Assembly: GCA_964348755.1 (NCBI GenBank)
Contig: CAYGDW010000008.1
Span: forward strand, 505-64,504
DNA length: 64,000 nucleotides
Direction of reading: 5' to 3'
DNA from: an uncultured Bacteroidales bacterium
GTDB taxonomy: Bacteria; Bacteroidota; Bacteroidia; Bacteroidales; UBA7960
The notes below the pieces were generated by a model. The model saw only the letters and a program-made list of their open reading frames with translations. It searched no databases and had not been told where the DNA came from. A program made the translations under genes and the position numbers. Position 1 is the stretch's first letter. Every line of letters starts with the position of its first letter. This document shows positions 38,893-46,280 of the stretch, piece by piece.

Positions 38893-40347
38893 ATGAAAGA
38901 AAAAGCAGATATTGGACTGATTGGCCTTGCCGTGATGGGCGAAAACCTTGTGCTGAATATGGAAAGCAAGGGTTATACCGTGGCAGTATATAACCGCTCG
39001 ACCAACAAGGTAGAGCAATTTGTAAACGGTCGGGGACAGGGCAAAAACATTATTGGGGCCTACACGCTCCAAGAGCTGGTGGCCTCGCTTAACTCGCCCC
39101 GCAAGGTAATGCTAATGGTAAAAGCCGGCAAGCCTGTTGATGATTTTATTGAACTGTTGATACCGTACCTTGAAGTCGGCGACATAATAATTGATGGAGG
39201 CAACACCCATTTCCCCGACACAGACCGCCGCACGACCTATCTCAAAAGCAAAGGGCTGCTGTATATTGGCACCGGCGTTTCAGGCGGCGAGGAAGGCGCC
39301 CTTAAAGGCCCTTCCATTATGCCCGGCGGCTCGAAAGCAGCCTGGCCCCAGGTGAAGAACATTTTCCAGGACATTGCCGCTAAGGTTGAAGACGGCTCGC
39401 CATGCTGCGACTGGGTGGGCGAAGGTGGCGCCGGACACTTCGTAAAAATGGTGCACAACGGTATTGAATATGGCGATATGCAACTCATCTGCGAAGCCTA
39501 TCAGTTTATGAAAGACTACCTGGGCATGAGCGCCGACCAAATGCACGAAGTGTTTAAAGAGTGGAACAAAGGCGAATTGGACTCTTATCTGATTGAGATT
39601 ACCCGCGACATTTTGGCCTACAAGGATCTGGATGGAAGCCCGCTTGTTGATAAAATTCTGGACACTGCCGGCCAAAAAGGCACCGGCAAATGGACCGCCG
39701 TAGCCGCTCTCGACCAAGGGGTGCCCCTCACCCTGATAGGCGAATCGGTTTTTGCCCGCTGCCTGTCGGCTCAGAAAGACGAAAGGATTGTTGCATCAAA
39801 AGTACTCTCTGGCCCCAAGCCTGCTTTTACCGGCGACAAAAAGGTTTTTATTGAAGAGCTGCGCAAGGCCTTGCTGGCCTCAAAGATCGTTTCGTATGCA
39901 CAGGGTTACGTGCTCATGAAAGCCGCATCGGAAGAGTATGGCTGGAATTTGAATTACGGCGCAATTGCCCTCATGTGGCGTGGCGGATGCATAATCCGTT
40001 CGGTTTTTCTGGACAAGATAAAGGAAGCATTTGACAATACCCCCAACCTGGTAAACCTAATGCTGGTCGATTACTTCAGGCAAAAACTGCAAAATGCGGC
40101 TCCCGGCTGGCGCAATGTGGTGGCTCAGGCCATTATCAACGGTATTCCCATGCCTGCATTTGCATCGGCCCTGGCCTATTTCGACGGTTACCGTGCCGAG
40201 CGACTGCCTGCCAACCTGTTGCAGGCACAGCGCGACTACTTTGGCGCACACACTTACGAGCGCACCGACAGACCTCGAGGCGAATTCTTCCACACCAACT
40301 GGACTGGCCGGGGAGGAACCACTGCTTCGACAACTTACAATGCGTAA
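38893..40347 (+). CDS. gnd: 6-phosphogluconate dehydrogenase, decarboxylating
   Basis: Contains IGLIGLAVMGENLVLNMESKGY, GGNTHF, GTGVSGGEEGA..GPSIMPGG and HFVKMVHNGIEYGDMQLI. Confidence 0.96.
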   Translation: MKEKADIGLIGLAVMGENLVLNMESKGYTVAVYNRSTNKVEQFVNGRGQGKNIIGAYTLQELVASLNSPRKVMLMVKAGKPVDDFIELLIPYLEVGDIIIDGGNTHFPDTDRRTTYLKSKGLLYIGTGVSGGEEGALKGPSIMPGGSKAAWPQVKNIFQDIAAKVEDGSPCCDWVGEGGAGHFVKMVHNGIEYGDMQLICEAYQFMKDYLGMSADQMHEVFKEWNKGELDSYLIEITRDILAYKDLDGSPLVDKILDTAGQKGTGKWTAVAALDQGVPLTLIGESVFARCLSAQKDERIVASKVLSGPKPAFTGDKKVFIEELRKALLASKIVSYAQGYVLMKAASEEYGWNLNYGAIALMWRGGCIIRSVFLDKIKEAFDNTPNLVNLMLVDYFRQKLQNAAPGWRNVVAQAIINGIPMPAFASALAYFDGYRAERLPANLLQAQRDYFGAHTYERTDRPRGEFFHTNWTGRGGTTASTTYNA

Positions 40348-40437
40348 TTTGAAAGCATTCAACCCTGCTCTAAAATTACCTGCAAGTGAACTTTCTGTTG
40401 CCACGTGAGTAATTTTAAAACTTAACTATTGAAGGCA

Positions 40438-40478
40438 AGCAGGGCCTCGGACATAGGCCCAACAGGGCAACACCCTGC
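40438..40478. terminator. GC-rich nested hairpins between convergent gnd and ogt
   Basis: GGGCC-N9-GGCCC spans 40442-40460 and CAGGG-CAACA-CCCTG spans 40463-40477. They are enclosed by GCAGGG/CCCTGC. There is no strong U-tract. Confidence 0.4.
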
Positions 40479-40479
40479 G

Positions 40480-40998
40480 TCAGAACAATTGCATTCTTTG
40501 CTGTGGGTTTTCCAAATCCAGCAAAAACTTTTTGCGCCAAAGACCACCACTAAAACCAGTAAGCTCGCCGTTAGAGCCTACCACCCGGTGGCAGGGAATT
40601 ACAATTGGAATTTTATTGGCACCATTTGCCGCAGCTACGGCCCTTAATGCCTTAAGATTGCCCAACCTACGTGCCTGGTCCTTGTAGGTGATTGTTTTTC
40701 CATATTCAATGGTAAGCAGGTTGTTCCATACTTTTTGCTGAAATTCGGTGCCGGTGGGGTTAAGCAAAACAGAAAACGACTTTCTTTTTCCTTCAAAATA
40801 TTCTTTTAGCTGCCCTTCGAGTAAATCAATCAAGCGATTGCTTTGCGCAACTATTTCCGCTCCAAAATCCTCTTTCAGCTTCTCTTTGGCTGACTCCAGC
40901 AAAGGATTATCGCAAAACTCCAGAAGGCAGATGCCCTGAGAAGCCGAAAAGGCCTCCATTGGACCGATTGAGGTAAATATGGTTTTGGAAAATATCAT
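40480..40998 (-). CDS. ogt: Methylated-DNA--protein-cysteine methyltransferase
   Basis: Contains the active site IPCHRVV, YGKTITYKDQA and GGLWRKKFLLDLE. 172 aa. Confidence 0.9.
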   Translation of the reverse strand: MIFSKTIFTSIGPMEAFSASQGICLLEFCDNPLLESAKEKLKEDFGAEIVAQSNRLIDLLEGQLKEYFEGKRKSFSVLLNPTGTEFQQKVWNNLLTIEYGKTITYKDQARRLGNLKALRAVAAANGANKIPIVIPCHRVVGSNGELTGFSGGLWRKKFLLDLENPQQRMQLF

Positions 40999-41038
40999 AA
41001 GTCAAGAATCCCCTCCGGGCACCTAAAAATAGAGTGAA

Positions 41039-41081
41039 CTGCCGCCTTGCCAACATTTGGCAGATTGGCAAGGCGTGGCAG
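41039..41081 (-). other. Long imperfect inverted repeat, either a terminator after the VOC gene or an operator upstream of ogt
   Basis: CTGCCGCCTTGCCAA (41039-41053) pairs with TTGGCAAGGCGTGGCAG (41065-41081). The core is a 10-bp perfect stem GCCTTGCCAA/TTGGCAAGGC, extendable to 15 bp with one bulge. The loop is 11 nt. Confidence 0.5.
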
Positions 41082-41126
41082 GTATTGTTACATTGCTCTG
41101 GGGACAGTAACCTAAACCAGTGAAAA

Positions 41127-41564
41127 TTAATTACTTAAGTTGGTTTCGTTGAACGATATCATCCAATTTATTCCAAATTTATCGGTAAGCATACCAAAAT
41201 AATCGCCCCAGAAGGTACTGTTGAGGTGCATTGTAATGGCGCCACCCTGCGCCAGGCCGCCAAAAAGTTTCTCAGTTTCTTCGCGGCTTTCGGTATTGAT
41301 TGAAACCGAGAAATTATTGCCTTGTACAAATTGCGGCGAAAACTCTTCGCCACAATCGCTGCCCATCAAAACTGAGTTTCCAATTTGCATTGAAACGTGC
41401 ATGATTTGATTCTTATAAGCTTCGGACACTTTTGATTGCTCGCTTTCGGGCATATCAGAAAAGCGCCCCAGATAGCCAAAGTCAACACCAAATACTGAAC
41501 GGTAAAAGTTGAAAGCCTCTTCGCAGTTGCCGTTAAAAATAAGATAAACGTTTGTTGTTGCCAT
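41127..41564 (-). CDS. VOC/glyoxalase-fold protein (PhnB-like)
   Basis: MATTNVYLIFNGNCEEAFNFYRSVFG ... FGINWMI is the typical PhnB-like VOC small protein. 145 aa. Confidence 0.75.
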   Translation of the reverse strand: MATTNVYLIFNGNCEEAFNFYRSVFGVDFGYLGRFSDMPESEQSKVSEAYKNQIMHVSMQIGNSVLMGSDCGEEFSPQFVQGNNFSVSINTESREETEKLFGGLAQGGAITMHLNSTFWGDYFGMLTDKFGINWMISFNETNLSN

Positions 41565-41577
41565 TTTATGAGATTGT

Positions 41578-42438
41578 TTAAATTGTTATTCCAGACTCAG
41601 CAAGTTCTTTAATTTTTTCAAGGCCACTTGGAAATGCCTCGTTGAAAAAGGCAATATAATCGGGAGATAAGTCAATTTCAGCTACCAGAATTGTGGTATT
41701 GCCATTATCCTTAATAATGTAATTTTCAAATGCCCCTGTCCATTTCTCAGTGGCATCATCAACTGGTTGCTCTATAAAATTAACCACCTCTCCAATATGC
41801 TGAAAAAGAATGTTTGAATGAGGGCTTAATAAGATAATGTCGGCATACATACCACCACCTTCGGGAGTTAAAAAATGAACCCTCCCCCCTTGCTTTAGCT
41901 CTCCTTTATAATATGATCCTTCGCAAAACACGCTGGTCCAATTACGGTAAGTGCTATCATTCCACATAACATTCCAAATTTGTTCGGGACTAGCTTTAAT
42001 TTCTACCTGGTAGATATGTTTGCGTAAGCCATATATATAATTTTTCAGAATGGCCATAAAACCCTCCCAACCCATTTGGTAGTTTTCGACAGCAAATTCG
42101 GGGCCTGCATCGGCAAAGTTTTCAATGCCAATGTGTTGTAGGATAACTTCAGTAGCCCCATTTTTCTCGTTCAGCAGCCAGGTTACAACACTTTCGCCCT
42201 TACTATGGCTTGGGTGTGTCCATGTATGCGAAAACTTTTTTTCAGGAATAATTTCCTTTATGTTGCAACGGTGGTGAAACTTATTAGCGCCACCGGGCTC
42301 AAAAAAATTAAATGTAGCCCCCTCCCTTAGTTCAAAATCAGGAATATCGAAATACCATTCTTTCATTTGATCTTTCAGGGTTAAGGCTTTCCATACTTCT
42401 GCTGAAGTAGCTTTTATAATAATCGTGGTTTGTATCAT
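41578..42438 (-). CDS. Tandem SRPBCC/AHSA1-domain protein
   Basis: Two repeats of about 140 aa, each opening with a pattern like ...EVWKALT...MKEWYF or ...EQIWNVMWNDSTYRNW, typical of the Activator-of-Hsp90-ATPase-like SRPBCC fold. Confidence 0.65.
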   Translation of the reverse strand: MIQTTIIIKATSAEVWKALTLKDQMKEWYFDIPDFELREGATFNFFEPGGANKFHHRCNIKEIIPEKKFSHTWTHPSHSKGESVVTWLLNEKNGATEVILQHIGIENFADAGPEFAVENYQMGWEGFMAILKNYIYGLRKHIYQVEIKASPEQIWNVMWNDSTYRNWTSVFCEGSYYKGELKQGGRVHFLTPEGGGMYADIILLSPHSNILFQHIGEVVNFIEQPVDDATEKWTGAFENYIIKDNGNTTILVAEIDLSPDYIAFFNEAFPSGLEKIKELAESGITI

Positions 42439-42440
42439 GC

Positions 42441-42863
42441 TTACGAGTATTTGGTTTTCAGGAATTTTATGGTTTCGCCCATAATCTTTTTAAGGGCATC
42501 CTGGTTAATGTCAGATAGGTTTTTAACATAAATGCAGGCTTTCCCCATTTTAAACTTGCCCAGGTCTTTGAGCAGGTGTTCGTGCTCGGGCATACCGGTA
42601 TAAACATAAAGCGAGATGGCTTCTTTGCGGGGAGAAAAACCCACCAAAGGCCAGTCGCCTTGTTGCTGGCTTCTCTCCGATTTGTAGTGGTAGCATCCAA
42701 ACCCGATTATGGAAGGGCCCCACATTTTTGCCTCAAATCCGGTAAACTCATGCATTAGCTTCAATAGTTCAAAGCTGTCTTTTCGCTTTTGCTCTGTGTC
42801 GGCAAATGAAGTAATAAACGCTGCCACGTTGGCATTGGTTTGTTTGGTTTTAAGTTCAGCCAT
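42441..42863 (-). CDS. DUF1801 (YdhG-like) domain protein
   Basis: 140 aa. NVAAFITSFADTEQKRKDSFELLKLM...MWGPSIIGFG.YHYK.. is the characteristic DUF1801 pattern. Confidence 0.7.
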   Translation of the reverse strand: MAELKTKQTNANVAAFITSFADTEQKRKDSFELLKLMHEFTGFEAKMWGPSIIGFGCYHYKSERSQQQGDWPLVGFSPRKEAISLYVYTGMPEHEHLLKDLGKFKMGKACIYVKNLSDINQDALKKIMGETIKFLKTKYS

Positions 42864-42879
42864 ATTAATGTGGGTTGGG

Positions 42880-44739
42880 TTAAGGTTTTATTTTCCAGAT
42901 TTTGTCAGAATAATTTAGATACATTGGCAAAGCGGCCGACCCATACCAGTTAAAAAGTTCGGTATCGAGCAACTTTTCTTTTATTGCCGGGTCTGTTTGC
43001 AAAAGTGCATGGGCTTCATCTAAGTTACTAACATTTAGAATAAAAATTCCGCGATAGCCCATTTCATTTCGTGCAATCGGCCCTGCTACAACCAGCTTGC
43101 CTTCGGCTACCAGGCGGTTAATATTGTCGAGGTGGCCTCTGAAGCAATTGTTGATAAACGCCTTGTCGGTGGTTTGGTTCGATCCGGTTTTTAGCACTAC
43201 GAGTATGTAGGGTTTCATTCCTAAATCGTCGGCACCAAGTTTTTGGGCAAGAGAAGCATCAAAATTCGGGTTTGAAACAATGGTGTCGGTATTTTCGGCC
43301 ATCTCTGAAATTCTGCTCATTTTATAAGAAAACCCCTTTTGATGCCCGCCAGAAACCTGCACAAACAATTCATTGTCAGAAATCATGTGATAAAAAATCT
43401 TTTTTGGGAAATCGTGATCCGGATTTTCAAAGACAAAGGCACTTGCGGATCTGGTTTGCCTGAACTCAATTTTCTTTCCATCATTCTGCCCTAATACATT
43501 GGCGGCATAAATAATCTCATTGCCGCTCCGGGAAATGTCAAGATATTCAATGACGCTCATTTGACCATTTTCAAGAGTATAAGAAAACCCCTTCAATGAA
43601 TTGTCATTTAGCTTGTCCCAGCGCTCGAAAATATTTTTATCATGCATTTTCCAGGTTCCCTGTAAAAAACCGGGGAAATCAGGCTGCCCCTTGGCCAAGC
43701 TTGCTTTAACAATTTGGAATAAAGGATCAGCTTCATGTTCAGGGAACCAGTTATTGCTAAAATAAGCTGGATTGGTACTCCTTGAAAAAATGTTATTCAG
43801 GGTGTATTTTTCAAGTTCGAATTGTTTGGGTTGATGCGACCATTCAATCCGGTTGGCCACATCAGCCCCTGGTCCGAAATTGCCATATTCGGCATAATAG
43901 CTGTTCAAATGATTGGTTTCCCTGCCCTGCCAAATGGACCAACCCTCCGGCCGGATAAAATCATCGAGAAAGGAATTGATAATGACCGTTTTTGCAAAAG
44001 GACGCCAGGGACGGCCCAGCGCAACATTGCGAACACCAGGACCCGCCGTAAAACGGGAATTTAAAAACACATAACCAAATTTTGCATACTCCTCTGTAGA
44101 TGCCGCTGTAATGTATGATCCGGTTTTTTTGCTGTGAAGGAGGCAGTTTTCAAACACCACCGTTGATCGCCCGAAGATATAATCTGTCGTGCCTTCAATG
44201 TAGCAATTGAGCAGGTAGTTGCGAATGTTGCCCCATGTATAGTAGGTATCCTGATGGCCAATAAGCCGCACGCGGTAGAAAAACTGCCTGTCGCCATTGG
44301 TGCGCAATGCCACTGCCTGCCCCACAGGGCCTGCAGAGTTTTCGAAAGTAAGGTTCATTGCCCTAAAATCATTGGCATCGGCAGCAAAGCTAAATGAGGT
44401 ATTGGTAGTAATTGTATCGCCATTAACGACTTTTCCCGAAAAATCGTCCCAGGTAAGCACCACCTTTTGCGCATCTTCTCCAACTAGCGTTATATTTGGT
44501 TTTGAAACAGGCACCATAATTTTTTCTTTATAAACGCCATTGCGGATAAAAATCACGAACCGTTCGCGGTTGTTTTCGGGTACCCTGTCAATGGCTTGCT
44601 GAACGGTTTTCGCGTGTCCTGACCCATAGGGTGCTACCACCAAATGAATATGCCCTGCAAGTTTTTCTTCAAGACTTTGGGCAATCGCCGAAAAGGAAAG
44701 CAACAGTGCAAAAAACAATAAGAAAAATGATATTTTCAT
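42880..44739 (-). CDS. CE8 pectin methylesterase fused to a DUF6265-like domain and a YciI-like domain
   Basis: The signal peptide is MKISFFLLFFALLLSFSAIAQ (ATG 44739). CE8 motifs are GHQDTYY, TDYIFG and LGRPWRP. The middle region FLQGTWKM...FENPDHDFPKKIFY is lipocalin/DUF6265-like. The C-terminal region KPYILVVLKTG...GHLDNINRLVAEGKLVVAGPI...LLQTDPAIKEKL fits the YciI-like pattern. Confidence 0.8.
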   Translation of the reverse strand: MKISFFLLFFALLLSFSAIAQSLEEKLAGHIHLVVAPYGSGHAKTVQQAIDRVPENNRERFVIFIRNGVYKEKIMVPVSKPNITLVGEDAQKVVLTWDDFSGKVVNGDTITTNTSFSFAADANDFRAMNLTFENSAGPVGQAVALRTNGDRQFFYRVRLIGHQDTYYTWGNIRNYLLNCYIEGTTDYIFGRSTVVFENCLLHSKKTGSYITAASTEEYAKFGYVFLNSRFTAGPGVRNVALGRPWRPFAKTVIINSFLDDFIRPEGWSIWQGRETNHLNSYYAEYGNFGPGADVANRIEWSHQPKQFELEKYTLNNIFSRSTNPAYFSNNWFPEHEADPLFQIVKASLAKGQPDFPGFLQGTWKMHDKNIFERWDKLNDNSLKGFSYTLENGQMSVIEYLDISRSGNEIIYAANVLGQNDGKKIEFRQTRSASAFVFENPDHDFPKKIFYHMISDNELFVQVSGGHQKGFSYKMSRISEMAENTDTIVSNPNFDASLAQKLGADDLGMKPYILVVLKTGSNQTTDKAFINNCFRGHLDNINRLVAEGKLVVAGPIARNEMGYRGIFILNVSNLDEAHALLQTDPAIKEKLLDTELFNWYGSAALPMYLNYSDKIWKIKP

Positions 44740-44751
44740 AATTCGCAAGCA

Positions 44752-46060
44752 TTAAAGATTCGGATCATCATACACCACTTTGAGCCATTCGAAATCAACG
44801 CTTCCGCCTGGTTGGCCATTTTTACTTCCAAAGCAATACAATCCAATGCCCGACCCCACCCAGCGCAGCCGCTTTGCCTGAAAACCTTCGGCCATGGTTA
44901 CAAAGTTCTCTCCATCCAGGCTGTAGAAAAAAGAGCAAATGGCTCCGGGCTTCACTTTCATTCGAAGATAAACAGAATCATCAAAAATCGGAAGCGATTT
45001 CAGAATAATCAACTCACCATTTTCATAGCCTTATACCTTTGGGCAAAAGTAAGGATAGCCCGTCCATTGTTACGGCTAACCCGCAAGGTGGCATAATCGT
45101 TGCCAGTGGCGGCCAGTCCTGCCATATCGCCTTCTTTAAGGTTTCCGATGTTCATTTTGGTGGTTACTTCGAAGGCTTGGGCCGGAAATTTCTGGGTAAG
45201 CACCTGCGAAAGGGTGTAAAGATTTTCGTTTGGCGCCGGTATGGAAAACACACGCAGGTGTCCGGGGTTTTGGGTCAATGAGAACCACTCCTGCCGCCAG
45301 TTGGCCTGCCAGCGCCATTGAAGGCCAAGCAATTCGCCGTCAAATTCGTCAGACGTTTGCTGAGGAACGAACTGCGGCGGATTGCCGGTGTTAGGATACC
45401 TGAAAGTGCAAACCGGCTCGCCTATGCTATCGCCCTTACGATCAAAGCCTATGATGGGCCAGTCATCATCGAGCCATTGCATGGGGTTCAGGTGAAGCAT
45501 TCGGCCGTAGGCATGGTTGCACTGAAAATGCACAAACCAGTGTTGGCCCGATTCAAGTTCTACCCAGCCGCCCTGGTGCGGACCGTTGATGTTGGTATCG
45601 CCCTGATGCATCACAATGCGTTCTTCGTAAGGCCTGAACACGTTTTTGGAGCGCAGCACTGTTTGCCAGCCGGGAGTAACGCCACCTGCAGGAGCAAAAA
45701 TGTAGTAATAACCGTTGCGCTTATACATTTTGGGGCCTTCGATGGTAAGCTGTGTTTTGGTGCCATCGAATACCACCACGCCATCGTCGATCAGGCGGTC
45801 GCCTTCGAGGCTCATGCGGTGCATTACAAGCACAGAATTGAAGCCGGTGCGGCTTTTGGCCCACGCACGAACAAGGTAAGCGCTGCCATCAGCATCCCAA
45901 AACGGGCAAGGGTCAATCAGGCCCTTGCCAGATTGCACAATGATGAGCGGCGACCACGGGCCTGCAGGATCTTTGGCCTTCGACCTGTAAATACCGAAAT
46001 CGGGATAGCCATAGAAAACCCAGAAATACCCATTGTGATATCGGATAGAAGGCGCCCAAA
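44752..46060 (-). pseudogene. GH43 (XynB-like with C-terminal beta-sandwich) remnant, N-terminally truncated and frameshifted
   Basis: The minus-strand frame from about 46060 reads WAPSIRYHNGYFWVFYGYPDFGIYRSKAKDPAGPWSPLIIVQSGKGLIDPCPFWDADG... and runs to a stop at 45009. The C-terminal end (...ENGELIILKSLPIFDDSVYLRMKVKPGAICSFFYSLDGENF...) continues in another frame to 44752. The first approximately 80 aa, including the catalytic-base region, are missing. Confidence 0.75.
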
Positions 46061-46272
46061 ATAATTTTAAGGCTGTCGCGCAAAAGAAATTCAGGAAATG
46101 CCTGTCCCCAGCCCATTTGCGGGTAACGCTCCTTCATGTAATCCTCGCCATAATTGGCATAATCGGCCATAGTAGAGTCGCCGATCATCCAAAGGGTGGG
46201 CACCTGCGGCCCCTGACAAGAAAATATCAAAAGCGAAATCAGTCCAAAAAGGAAAAACCGGAGCTTTTTCAC
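46061..46272 (-). pseudogene. 5' fragment of an SGNH/GDSL esterase gene (rhamnogalacturonan acetylesterase-like), fused by deletion to the GH43 remnant
   Basis: MKKLRFFLFGLISLLIFSCQGPQVPTLWMIGDSTMADY...YPQMGWGQAFPEFLLRDSLKII carries GDS block I and the GWG block. The sequence then runs out of frame into GH43 sequence, and the remaining SGNH blocks are absent. Confidence 0.65.
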
Positions 46273-46280
46273 TAAGCGGC

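Noticed and set aside
41057-41081. TGGCA-containing sequence resembling a sigma-54 -24/-12 promoter
   Set aside because: The spacing and the -12 element do not fit TGGCAC-N5-TTGC: the sequence has TTGG instead of TTGC. The motifs are better explained as arms of the inverted repeat.
45318-46064. 248-aa + strand ORF across the GH43 remnant
   Set aside because: It is antisense to recognisable GH43 sequence, and its product is Arg/Ala-rich with no motif. I therefore treated it as a shadow ORF, even though the minus-strand gene is decayed.
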